DNA of 63,868 nucleotides, filler included, from Perkinsus olseni (Eukaryota): NCBI GenBank assembly GCA_013115125.1. It is 6 parts of 6 records of this genome, joined end to end, with 100 filler letters (N's around TTAATTAATTAA, not from the genome) between each part and the next. Parts side by side here need not be neighbours in the genome. Positions count along the whole stretch, not along the records: positions 34,793 to 46,136 come from JABANN010000832.1; 5 more parts are not named here. One strand, 5' to 3'. Shown piece by piece: positions 34,923 to 46,236 of this stretch (position 1 is its first letter; each line of letters starts with the position of its first letter). The notes under the pieces were generated by a model. It saw only the letters and a program-made list of their open reading frames with translations, ran no database searches and was not told where the DNA came from. The position numbers and the translations under genes were made by a program.

Positions 34923-36050
34923 TCACAGCCCTCTAGCGTTGAATCCTGGGAAACGCTTCAGCTCAGCTACACCGATAACCGGACCATCATAACCTTGGAG
35001 ACCTTGTGGGGCAAAGTGGAGGTAGTTGCCGACCAAAGCGAAGTCTGGCAGGATCCAATACGACTTCACTGAGCGGGTGAGCTGCAGATAGCACTTGCCG
35101 GAATGGGGATCAACAGCAACGTAGCCCTCCTGGGGGATCGAGAGGCGGACTGTCTGCTGTAGGCCTCGGATACCGAAGACGATATCGGGCAGCATGCTTC
35201 TCTTATTGCAGGGCACAGTGAAAATATCAAGCTTAGCAATCTCATGTAAGTGCACGGCAGACACATTAGACACCAGTGAGTGTAGCGTCTTCCAATAGCC
35301 GCTGGGGACGTGCAGGTAGTTGGTACCGGTGTCGACGAAGGCCCGTTCCCCAAAGGTGGCCAATCGATGGCCCCCGATATCAACATAATTGAGGTTCACA
35401 TCCCACTTCCCAGTATTTGCGATCGGCACGAAGTTCAGCGGGTCGCTGTACTTAGTCGAGTCCGGGCCTCCAAAGACGAGCTCACCGACGAGTCCCTTAC
35501 CGTCGCGAGGGAGTCGTTCGAGATAGAGCGAGAAGGTGGGGCTTTTGAGAAGACCAGGGGTGTCATAGAGATGGTCTAGCAGAGTCAGCGTTCGGTCGTT
35601 GGGTTCCCTCATGGCAAGGCCGAGAAGGGAGTGCGGCTCGTCGTCTGGACCATGGCGGTCTTTGTCGCAAATGAGGCCGAAGGTCATGTCGAACTCGTCG
35701 TCCCCGATGCCGATGGTCCCTCGGTGATCGAAAACTTTCATTTTCCCCTCGGTGACGAAACTGAAGGTTCTATTCCGATCGGTGCGGTAGACTTCTCCCG
35801 GGAAGGAATGGTAGCACTTAGTGAGAAGATCGACGCACTTCTTGGGGCTGTACTCTCTCTCATACCACTCCTTCCACACAAATACTGTATGAGGGGTACC
35901 GGTATCAACGATGGGGAACTGAGGATACCCATCCGCTCTCAAGTAGTTGGCGATAAGATTTTCAGCACGTTGTATGGGTATCTTTACGGAGCACTGGACG
36001 AGGGAGGAGATGGCAAGGGCGCCGAGGCTGGCACGAGCGAGTAGGGTCAT
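34923..36050 (-). CDS. Secreted pepsin-like aspartic protease (family A1), 375 aa, intronless
   Basis: Signal peptide, two catalytic motifs (IVDTGT and FVDTGT), LLGLA, FSLYL, GELVFGG.D and WILPDFAL. Confidence 0.92.
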   Translation of the reverse strand: MTLLARASLGALAISSLVQCSVKIPIQRAENLIANYLRADGYPQFPIVDTGTPHTVFVWKEWYEREYSPKKCVDLLTKCYHSFPGEVYRTDRNRTFSFVTEGKMKVFDHRGTIGIGDDEFDMTFGLICDKDRHGPDDEPHSLLGLAMREPNDRTLTLLDHLYDTPGLLKSPTFSLYLERLPRDGKGLVGELVFGGPDSTKYSDPLNFVPIANTGKWDVNLNYVDIGGHRLATFGERAFVDTGTNYLHVPSGYWKTLHSLVSNVSAVHLHEIAKLDIFTVPCNKRSMLPDIVFGIRGLQQTVRLSIPQEGYVAVDPHSGKCYLQLTRSVKSYWILPDFALVGNYLHFAPQGLQGYDGPVIGVAELKRFPGFNARGL

Positions 36051-36381
36051 AACGAGGCCAAGTACAGAAGCCTGACGTGAAGCAGCAGTTGTTTACGACT
36101 CACTGAAGGAGAAGACAGACCTCCCGAAATAGTCAGGCGATAGTCCTGAGCGGTGTTACAAGACAAGGGTTATGGAGATGAGGGGGCTGCATCTCAGCCA
36201 CCGCACCTTCTGTGAAGGCCGACGCCTTTCACATCTCCTCATAGATGGACTGCTTAACACCAGCATCGCTGCCACTCTGATAGCAATAAGATGTAGCCAC
36301 CTACGCCACCCCTCCCTCAGTCGCCAAAAGCCTAGTGATTGACAACACGAGGCAATGGTAGTACATCATGATACACCCATG

Positions 36382-37827
36382 TTACGTTCTACTGTGGAAA
36401 GTCTCTAAAGGCGGCTTCAATGATACCCGTCGTGGCCTGGCCATACCGCCTGTTGAAGGGCGACCACCATCACTAAGTATGCTACTACCGCTTCGGTTAA
36501 TACTCCTGCTCGCCAAGCTACGGCTCTTCCTCAAGGCCCCATGCCGCTGCTTCAGCACTTCCTCTTGATACATCGACCACAGCCCTTCCTCCGCCTGCTC
36601 CCGCCACTTAGCCCGCCGAGCCTCGGCCCTAGCGGCACTCCTGAGGCCCCCAGAGGAGCTACGGCGTAGACCACGACTCGGTGGCCAGGCTGCCGTGCCC
36701 TTGGCAACAGTCACTGCATTAGAGATCATCCGGCCCAGCGTGGGGTCCTCCAGTAGCGATCGCCGCCGTGCGAGGGGTCGGCTCTCCGCCTCCTCCTTAG
36801 GGGCTGAGGACACCCGACTGGAGGGGGGCAAAGTACCCGTAATGGCATCCACGAACGCCCCTAGTCTGCCAGGGTCCTCCGCGCCATCTGAGCTGTCTGG
36901 CAGGGCCGCTGAGCCTTGCGGGCTGGCTCCGCCCTCCGACCCAGAGGGGCCAGAGGGGCTCGTCGCCACTACGGCCTCCCTCAACCCTACGAGGACTACT
37001 TCCTCGTCTGATCCGCTGACCGCCATAGTAGCGGACGGCGCACTCGAATTCTGCGGACCCTCAACCTTCACCGCTGCATTCGACGCAGTGACAGCCGATA
37101 CCTCTGCTTCCTCGAGGGCCGTCGTCAATGACCTCTTCAGAGCGGCGGATAGTATCTTCGATGCTCCAGCAGGAGAGGCTGCAAGTGGGCCATCGAAGGA
37201 AGAGTAGCTCCGCGTGGGACCAGCATGTGCTTCCAAGCTTTCATCTAGCCGCCTGATTCCACCCCGGCCCGCTGCCGCGTCACTGACGGGCTTCCGTCGA
37301 TGACCTCCTTCCGAAGCATCCCGCAATAGGGAAAAGCCCCTGCCCTCCTTACCCTGTAAAGAGCCCCCGCCCTGCTTACCCTGTAAAGAGCCCCTGCCCT
37401 CCTTACCCTGCAAAGAGCCCCTGCCGACTACCGGCTTCTGATCAGCATCAACTTCCTTCAACAATCGTATAATCTCGCTTCTCTTCTGCCGCCTGTTGCC
37501 ACCTTCTACCCGGCCCTCCCTGCCACTACTGTACACTCTGTCCGCCCTCTCCTCCTTCCCATAAACTGAGCTCATCTCGCCCAGGCGACGGCCGACCCGA
37601 CCAGAGACCACCGACTGACGTCGATCATAGACCGGTGACAGCTCCGGTAGGGTCTCCAGCCTGTCTCGGCTGGTGCTGCTGCGAAAGACGGACGCGTTTG
37701 ACCAGGAAGAGACGGCCTGGGAAGTGGACGAAGTTGACTGGGTAGAGTCCAACCTACTCGAAGGTGGCGCCTTGAGACCTGAGGGAGCTCTAGGCACCAT
37801 CACAGTGTCTCCCGGTACTACCATCAT
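36382..37827 (-). CDS. Hypothetical low-complexity Ser/Gly/Arg-rich protein (~480 aa)
   Basis: Long ORF with its first ATG at 37827 and an internal 27-bp repeat (GRGSLQGKE x3, ~37337-37425). No recognisable domain; an upstream exon is possible. Confidence 0.55.
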   Translation of the reverse strand: MMVVPGDTVMVPRAPSGLKAPPSSRLDSTQSTSSTSQAVSSWSNASVFRSSTSRDRLETLPELSPVYDRRQSVVSGRVGRRLGEMSSVYGKEERADRVYSSGREGRVEGGNRRQKRSEIIRLLKEVDADQKPVVGRGSLQGKEGRGSLQGKQGGGSLQGKEGRGFSLLRDASEGGHRRKPVSDAAAGRGGIRRLDESLEAHAGPTRSYSSFDGPLAASPAGASKILSAALKRSLTTALEEAEVSAVTASNAAVKVEGPQNSSAPSATMAVSGSDEEVVLVGLREAVVATSPSGPSGSEGGASPQGSAALPDSSDGAEDPGRLGAFVDAITGTLPPSSRVSSAPKEEAESRPLARRRSLLEDPTLGRMISNAVTVAKGTAAWPPSRGLRRSSSGGLRSAARAEARRAKWREQAEEGLWSMYQEEVLKQRHGALRKSRSLASRSINRSGSSILSDGGRPSTGGMARPRRVSLKPPLETFHSRT

Positions 37828-38284
37828 CCTCTGGTCTACTGAGACCAGTTTGCAGCGATAAGAGGTACTCCTCAGAAGGGACAAACGTCCGAAATGACAT
37901 GATGACGGGGGAAGGGTCTTTACCCCTGTCCAGGAAACTAATTCTGAAACTCAGAGTCAACTCGAGGATTCATTTTTACGCGTAAAATGATGCTGTTCCA
38001 GAACCGACGCCGAGCTCCGGAATACTCACGGGCATCAGACGCCCGAAGAACCCTCTCCCTTTGAGTGGGAACGGTATTGGAAGACACGACATGGCAGGTT
38101 ATACGAATCACAAAGGAAACGTTTATCAACAGCCTTACTAAGGCTGCCTTAGCTGAGCCCTTCGATTTTAGGAATAACCTTCTCTCGTGTTCCGAATAGT
38201 AGTTGCGCTGTTCGTGCAAGTGCAAGAACAGCATCTCCGCCGCCGCCGCGGCGTCGTCGGCTTCCCGTCTATCATGGAGTAACT

Positions 38285-39262
38285 ATGCTACCTTCTACCA
38301 GTCGGATATTATCTACTGTACCCCGAAGTCTCGGACCAGCGTTGGCCACTACTGTGGGTCGTCGAATGATGTGTTCCTCGAGACCAGCTTTTGCGGAGCA
38401 GGCAACCAAAGAATCGCCACCGAAGACAGAAGAGGCTTCCACTGACAAGCCACCTAAGCGGCCTTGGACGGCGACGAGTCTCTTCCTCTACGGCTCCGGC
38501 GTTGCTGCTGCGTCTTGGGTGGGGTACTGCGCCTTCCAGTCTGGAGGGAATCCTCACAAAACAGAAATTATGATCGAAAACAGCCTGAAGCAGCTGCCGC
38601 TGTACAAGCCCCCTGAGAGACCTGAGGCTGAGAAGCTGAGCCGAGTTGACCAGCATGACCTTGGTGATGCTACTATGAAGGACCTCGCCACTTGGTTCAT
38701 GGCTGAAGACAAGAGGGCAGTTGACGGTGTGAGTCGCTCGATGGTCCTCGATTTCGTTGGGGAATCTTTGGGGCTGTTGGAGCCCGAGGAGGCCGAGATG
38801 GAAAAAGACGATGACAAAAGATACCCTCGGTTCGGTAAGGGGAAGGGCAAACAGCTGAGTGAAGTGACTAAGGCATTCGTCCATAAGGGCCATGGTCGGC
38901 TTGACGAGGAGAAGCGGCAGGGCGGCTGCAGCCTTAGCGAGGCCGCCGAGTTCCTGTCTAGCGTGATTGGTATCCATGGCGATGATGCTGCTGATAAGGT
39001 TCGACAGAGACTGCATGTAATCGTCGAGAAAAATTACAAGAATACCGGTACGGCAGTGTCGGTGTTCCAAAACCCGATGAACATCACACCACCGCCGCAG
39101 CCGTTACCGGAGGTGGATGAGGAAGAGGCTAATAAGGCTGTCCTCAAACTCGAGTTGGGGCAGTACGAGACTGAGCTGGCTGAGGGTGATGCTGATAAGG
39201 AGAGGAAGAAATGGCTGCAGAATGAGATCAAAACTGTTAAGGGACTATTGCAGAAGAAGTGA
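38285..39262 (+). CDS. Hypothetical mitochondrion-targeted single-pass membrane protein, 325 aa
   Basis: The N-terminus is Arg/Ser/Leu-rich and free of acidic residues, ending in RRMMCSS. One hydrophobic segment (LFLYGSGVAAASWVGYCAF) precedes a charged helical C-terminus. Confidence 0.7.
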   Translation: MLPSTSRILSTVPRSLGPALATTVGRRMMCSSRPAFAEQATKESPPKTEEASTDKPPKRPWTATSLFLYGSGVAAASWVGYCAFQSGGNPHKTEIMIENSLKQLPLYKPPERPEAEKLSRVDQHDLGDATMKDLATWFMAEDKRAVDGVSRSMVLDFVGESLGLLEPEEAEMEKDDDKRYPRFGKGKGKQLSEVTKAFVHKGHGRLDEEKRQGGCSLSEAAEFLSSVIGIHGDDAADKVRQRLHVIVEKNYKNTGTAVSVFQNPMNITPPPQPLPEVDEEEANKAVLKLELGQYETELAEGDADKERKKWLQNEIKTVKGLLQKK

Positions 39263-39463
39263 ATGGTATGAATGCGACCTCTAAGATACTTTACATGCTT
39301 CAACCTCGAGAGTATCTTTCATCATACCGACTTTCTTGTAAAAATACTGCTGCTTCACTTTCCGTTATGAAATCGAGTTTCGGTGATTATCGCGGCTGTT
39401 GGATAGAGTGTTTAATGGAGAGTATCTTAGGTTGACCCATGTGTACAGGTTTTAGATACTATC

Positions 39464-41183
39464 ATGTCCAGCAGTGCTCCATCGGTGGAGGAGATCGGCC
39501 ATCGGCTTGGAGACGCCTACCGAGGCTTCGTCACTATGTTCTCTAAAGTGCCCACAGAGTCCAAATTCGCGGTCAAGGGAACTCTCACGCCTGGTGAGGA
39601 TGCCGGAGCAAGTCGTGAAGATGATGATGTTCGGATCGCCTTCAGAGGAGTTTGTGGCGGCCGGCGATGCTCTGGTTACGAAGTTCCCAACATGGCAGTG
39701 GGCTCCGGCGGCAAAGGCATCTTATGAGCAAGTAGGGAAGATACAAAATAGGTTGTATCGGAGAACGGACTGTCCGCCTCAGTCCTATCTGCCCAAGGAA
39801 AAGCAGTATTTGGTAACGAAAGGAGTACCGTGCTTTGCCAGGGTGAAGGATCTGGAGGACAGCGTTCGGGACGTTGCAATGTGAGCTTGGACGAATTCTG
39901 ATAGAATAATTGTAAACCCTGTGTGCTCGTCTTAGTACCTCTGCCGAAGATGAGGATGGATGGTTGCAGACTGGAGAATCACAGTAAGTTCGGTACTTAT
40001 CCAAGGCCTCTGGTAGCGGTTGGTGTATCAGTCCGGTCTACGCAGTTGGACGAGGGAATGCCAGCAGCGAAGAGGAGGAGACGACGGAGATAACAGCAGC
40101 GGTGGAAGAGGGCCAACAGCCAGCAGCAAAGTAGTCTGGGGGAGGCGGGGGTCATAGAAGGTGATGGCGGTCAGAAGCGATACTCAAGCAAGAGGCCCGA
40201 CGATGGTCGTAGTGGAGGATTATGGTGACGAGGAGGTAGTCCCTGTAACCGCGCCATGTTCCAACAGCTGTCTTCTCTAGGCCAATGCTGCTATATCAGC
40301 CCTAGACAGTCTGATCGCTCCTGGTGATGCTGCACCGGTGGTAGTCCCACCGCCTGACGAGAGTGAGGACCTCCGAAGGACCTATGATTTGAGTATAACC
40401 TGGGACAAGGTAGAGGAAATGATACTTCCACCGATGTCTCCCTATGGATGATGCTGTTGTAGTACTACCAAACGCCGCGACTTTGGCTGTCCGGCTTCGA
40501 TCGTTTTGGCCAGCCATTGGCGCCCGAGAGGATATTCGAAGACGTGTTGACGGAGTACAGGAGCAAGACGGTGACTGTGGACCCTCATCCATGCACGGGT
40601 AGTAATAGCAGAGGGTTGGTGGTTCAATAGACCCGGAAGGTTGGATGAGAGAGCCGTCGTGTTGGCCAACAACTAGCTTGGATGTACGGACGCTAAGTAT
40701 TGCGTAAGTCTCGTGGGAGAAAATGGTGCCCACTGTCCGTGAGTTGTGCTGGGAAACAGCATGTTCTCGAAACGCACATTCACGAGGTCTCGAAAACGCG
40801 GAATGTCGTCTAAGCCTCGACCTCAGAGTCGTGCTCCTGTCGTGTCCTTCTGGCTCCTCATCGCTCTGTCTGAGTACTCATCATCCCTGTGGTAGGCATA
40901 CCCTGCGCCTCGATCCACCCTTGCCGCCATGCTGAGATGATGCTCAGAGTGATTCAAAGCTGGCAGGAAGCAGGGGAAAAGGTAGTACCACAGCGGTGGA
41001 CGGAGGCCCCCGAACGATGGGTTCATGCCCTCCGCCAGGTCCAGTCCGAGCTGGCGCTGCTTGTATTTCTCAAGTTCATTTCTGGCGTGGTAGTTAGACC
41101 TTTTCTCGAGCTCTCTTCCATCGAGGGCTTGGTCTCAGGTGCCCACTATTAATTATGACTTCACAGCGGACGTCACCATGTAG
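39464..41183 (+). CDS. ATG3: Autophagy E2-like enzyme ATG3, multi-exon
   Basis: SKF...[63 protein letters not shown], the catalytic ASIHPCRHA, and [17 protein letters not shown]...*. Confidence 0.95.
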
Positions 41184-42780
41184 GGTTGCTGTATACGCAT
41201 GATTGTGATGATGACTGGCAGCATCGAACCTTGCTATGTAACAAGGGTACAGGGAACTGTTAGTTTCGGTAGTTCTTGCAAGTTGCATCCTGAGTGTTGG
41301 GTTCAGTCGGGGAGGCTGCCGAGCCCCACAGAGGACTTGGTAGGAAGTGCCGTGGACCTCAAGGCTACAAGGCCTCGTTGCTGCCTCTCTTGTACGGCTT
41401 ACTGCCAGTCGAACCACCGTTGTCTCTTGGAAGGAGAGGAATCTTTCTCTCACTCCGGTAAAGGCTCGCGTTCTCCGGTGCTGTCCCACCTGCGTCACAT
41501 GTTTTCGGCTCGCGTTGCGTAAATACTGAGGCTGGAAGGCGTGGCAAGTTAACCTATCGACTACGACCGTCGCCTGAAGGTATAGAGCACGGATGCTCGC
41601 TGGGCAAGAGAGAAGTACACGTACGCAGAGGCGTCGTGACGATCACTCTGTGGCTTACCCTAAAGCTATGTTACCAGTGATGGTGAACCCAAGTACTGGA
41701 GACTCCTGAAGAGACTGATCCTGAGAGTACATCATCATCATCATTTAATGAGAATGGCCATGCTGTTTTATCCCTCTTGACTCAACGGAAGCATACGTCA
41801 GTCAGTAGCAGGGATATGGGAGACATACTAATCTGATGCGCAACTATAAATAATTGTGCCATAACATCATATAGATATTCATAAAGATACATCGTCAGAT
41901 ATTATGGCATAAATATTCCATAATATCATTATACATCAAAGCAACATCTAGCGAGGAAGGACGAATGCACAGCCTAGCTTCAAGAACTGCACGAAAGTAT
42001 CACAAAATATGGTACCCAAATCGGAGGTAGTTCAGTTAACTTGTGTGCCGAATGGTCAGAGTCACTGGCTACCAGCCACACAACAAGCCAGGACAATCGC
42101 CCGTTGTTTGTAGAAGTCGTGATGTTTCTAATAAATAACTATGGCTTTGTAGTGGTGATTTCGACAGTAGGGAAGACCGGTTGACGAGGCGCAGTGGGAG
42201 AGCCTGCCGGAGGGAAGATATGAGTCATGACAAGAATGACAGGATGAATGAAACTACGCGAGAAGTGTGAAGTCGGTCTGAGAATGTACGGACGGCATGC
42301 CTCGGTTGTGACGACAACACTCTCATCACGAGAGACACCCAACGGCAGTGATTATGGTAGAACACCCCTACCGCCCAGATAGGAGCCGATGGCAGAAGTA
42401 CGCCAGTATAGAGACGATTCTGAGGAAACTACTGTCGGCACTTAGTCGCATCATCCTCATCATACAAGAGGCAGCAACGCTCAGAAGTTAGCGCACTCGC
42501 AGGGGAGTCTACCACAAGCGTGCATTACACATCGCGAAGCGTACAGGCTGCAGACTCGGTGTCGCCATAGGGACTGGAGATGCCATCCTCACTGGGAGTC
42601 TCTGAACCCGAACCCTGCTTGCATCATCGTACATGTCTTGTGTAAGACGAGGAAACATTGCCGGGGGGAACACTCAGTAGCTCGATTACGCGTGGACAAG
42701 CCTGTGAGAACTGTACATACGGCAGAGCGTAGAGCCGCACTACCCTTGCCTACCATACGTACGCACGTTACATCATCCGG

Positions 42781-42875
42781 GCCCTAGACTAGGGCCCCTA
42801 GTTGTCAGTCACTGACCTCACATACCTCCAGTCGGGACACTGACAGTCAGTGTCCCGACTGGAGGTATGTGAGGT
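42781..42875. mobile_element. Two abutting hAT-type excision footprints (T=GCCCTAGT, exact; T=TGTCAGTG with a perfect 30-bp palindrome)
   Basis: gccctag-actagggc-ccctagt (42781-42802) is followed by tgtcagt-c-actgac. That joins a 30+1+30 palindrome at 42815-42875, centred on A before gtcagtg. Confidence 0.8.
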
Positions 42876-43913
42876 AATCCGCTTGAGTAATACCAGTTGT
42901 AGGTAGCAAGACGCCCTCAACGGATCACTCTTCACTTCTCACCAGCCCTTTGGTCTCCGTAGCACGCGGCCCCGCTGCTACCACCACTGTCAAACCGTCT
43001 GATACGCGCGGCTCGTCTATCGCTCTCCATGTCATGCCCCATTCCCTCGGGGGCCGCAGCTGTGGATCTGAGGGCAGTCGCCTGCAGCGGTACTCTGATA
43101 GTCTGACACCCTGTCGCTGTCCTCTCCCGGTGACCCTTCGGCGGTGAGAGTTTCACTGCTATCGAACGGGACAATGTCTCGTTGTAAAAAAACACCCTCC
43201 GCGGGATGTCAAACTCGTCTCCTCATCTCAAGCCAAGTTCGCCAATCGGGAATCTCGGGATCGTCGTGGGGGCCGGTGACACTCTCTTTGACAAATTGCA
43301 ACCCTTATCCTCTACATCCTTCTCGCTGGCTCATTCGAGAAGGGTGGAAACATAGTTTAGTCGCGAGTGTCACGTGCAAGATAATGCGTGCGAGTTGTCC
43401 TGCACTAAATGGTAATACATCACTGGTGACCATGTTACACGATCGATTGTGCTGTAGTGGGTAACATCACTTCGATGACAACGGATGGCCGGCACAGGTC
43501 ATACTCGAGAGTTCAGGCCTCCTGCGCCTCGCAGCGGCCACAAGAGTCGACTTGCGCGTATGCGAATGTCTACCCATCTTATAGCGTCTTGTGTGCGGAA
43601 CGTGTGCTAATCGACGGTCGTATGATGACCGAAAACTCGGACCAGCGGATCTTTGGTAAACCCTCTCCTTTGCTTTTATCGGCATAAATTGGTACCAAGT
43701 TTTCATTAACATCGTAATAACATAATCTAACGATGATCTTGTCCTCTAGCACCGCGGACAGTGTAGGACTGCTAACCCGTGTTAATTGCCGTATTGACCA
43801 TGGCCGCTGCCTGATTCGGTGATTGCCCACCTTGCCGCCTCCTCTGCGGCAAAGTGTATACTTGACGCCGAGTGTTCACTCGTGTCTCACCAAGCTCAGC
43901 TTCATCCTTTGAC

Positions 43914-45626
43914 ATGTTCTTCATTCTGCTATCAACACTCGTGCTGTTGGTGGCGACCTTTGAAGGCCGCCCACTCCGAAGCGAAGGTGCAGTCCTCGAT
44001 ACTTGCCCGACGAACTAAGGATTCCTCAGTTGATTCCCCCGCGTTTCCGCACAATCGTTCACTTAATGGTGGTGGTGGTGTCCTGTGCCCTGATGCTATT
44101 GGTAAACAAGAGTACGGATACATACAGGTTGGCCCGTTGAACAAGTAGGCCTCTCCCAATCCATCTGGACGCTTTCAAACCTGCGGGATTTTCCGGTACT
44201 TCTACGCAGCCGTGGAAGCTGATATGAAGCCTGGGACGCCATCCACAGTCCTGTTCTTCGGTGGGGGTCCTGGTGACAGCAGCATTGCTACGACTCTAAC
44301 CGGACCGTGTAGGATGACTCCGGACGGGAAGAAGCTCATGAAGAATGAGTAAGTGCGTCGACTCTGTCATCGCCCTACACTATAGTTGAGCTCAGGTACT
44401 CGTGGACACGTCAAGCCAATGTCGTCTGGGTGGATGCGCCTGGGCCCACTGGTTTCAGTGTCGGACCAGTCGAGGCTGATTTGAATAAGTTCATAAACAA
44501 CATGTGAGCACACCGTCTTCCAATGAGGATCTTTCAATTACATCTGTCAGGCTGGCCTTCGTCACACAGTTCTTTGAAAAGCTCCCCAACTTGAACACGA
44601 ATGTTCATTTGGTCGGCGTCTCGTCGTCGGGTGAGTTCGAAAACATCTTGCATGCCCTGAGAGCTCATGTCTGAAGCGTTATCTCTTCGCAGCTCTGATC
44701 GTTGCCATGGTGGCAGAGCGGATCGTGAAGTCTCCTGGGTCTAAGGTCGATCTCAAGGGTGTGATGATGTACTCTGGCGTTGTTGGACCATATGATATGT
44801 GAGTGTCCATCCAGTGATCCATTCTATCTTGACGTCAGTAAGCTCATCGTCCTCTCAGCTACTATGGAAGCTACAAGATGGCCAAGGACCGGAAGCTGCT
44901 TCCCCAAGCAGAGTGAGACCATTCAAGTCGTCCACGTTTCGCGCAGCAATATTTGCTGTTCATCTTTTTAGACTCGCCACCATGCTCTCCGACCTGGGCA
45001 AGTGCAACGAAGAAGTTCAAAAGTGCAACTCAAAAGGCCCTGGGAAACCTCCCCTCCCTCGTATGCTCATCGCGTAAGCTCCTCCTCACAATTCATCTAT
45101 TCTAGTTCAATGCAAGGCCGCCGTAGAGACCTGCGAGACTACTACGTTGGGTCCTCTCGTGAAAGCCCACATCAGCGAGTGAGTTGGTCGGGGTCCTGAA
45201 GACTGACACGCTCCCACGGGGGCAGCACCCGAGCTGGCCAGCCTTCGTAGCAGCGCTCTACACGGTGGTAGCATGTTATTCCAGTTACGATGTCCGCGTG
45301 AGCCCAGGACAAGAATATCAGCACTTTGCCTTCCAACCAGGAAGAGTGAGGAAGGCCTTTCCTCGCCGTTGTGAATCGTCATCACGAGCAGCAAGTGGTA
45401 GCCATCGCAGCCCACCTCAGGCGGACGGTTTCCTCAATACCCAAGCAGTTCAAAAGGAACTCGGCGTATCGAAGCATTGGGAGGCTTCGAATGATCAGGT
45501 GCTCATCATCGCTGGTCACTCTATGGCGTAAGTGGTCTTCTTTTCAGGTTTTTCAAGCGTTCAACAAGTATACCGCCTACGAGGGAATTTACCATACTAC
45601 ACAACTTCTTGATTCTAAACTGAAAG
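43914..45626 (+). CDS. Secreted serine carboxypeptidase (family S10), divergent; C-terminal exons not found
   Basis: Signal peptide MFFILLSTLVLLVATFEG, then QEYGYI, VLFFGGGPGDSS, YSWTRQANVVWVDAPGPTGFS, HLVGVSS (nucleophile elbow), DLKGV, YDVR and FLNTQAVQKELGV. The readable chain stops at LLDSKLK. Confidence 0.8.
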
Positions 45627-46136
45627 TGAGACTGTATCTCGCGATTGTTCGACCGGTCGTCCTCGCGAATTTGCTGAATTTCAGCAGCTCCTGAGACGAT
45701 CGCCTTTGCTATAGGAACCGTGATTCATCTGATAGCCAGTCATGGTACAGACGGTCGTTCATTGTTGAAGGAAGACGCGATGGGGTGCTCGGAACTATCG
45801 CCTCTCTGGACTTCACGCTAGCCGATAGCCATAGTCATTGTGGTGCCAGGAGGCGTAGCTATAATGGCACGCATACCGACCGCACGTAATCCTGTCCCCT
45901 TTTGTGTACGGGTAGACGCTGACCTAAGGTATCGCAAAGCGTGTCCCAAGCTAAGCTATTGAATAACCCAACGCTAGGGTTCACGTAGAAACCATTGCAA
46001 TCTACAATCGTATATCTATTGCTTGGTACGTGTTCCGACCGTACTAGTATTTGGTATCCGTACACAGTCTGGTCCTTGAGCTGGTTAATAAGGTTTGGGC
46101 AAACTTCCCCTATATATAACCTTACATTTTGGTAGC

Positions 46137-46236
46137 NNNNNNNNNNNNNNNNNNNNNNNNNNNNNNNNNNNNNNNNNNNNTTAATTAATTAANNNNNNNN
46201 NNNNNNNNNNNNNNNNNNNNNNNNNNNNNNNNNNNN
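46137..46236. other. Artificial contig linker
   Basis: N44-TTAATTAATTAA-N44. Confidence 0.98.

Noticed and set aside
38309-39070. 253-aa minus-strand ORF
   Set aside because: Antisense shadow of 38285-39262.
41200-43800. Short ORFs between ATG3 and the carboxypeptidase
   Set aside because: No coherent exon chain or motif could be built by eye.
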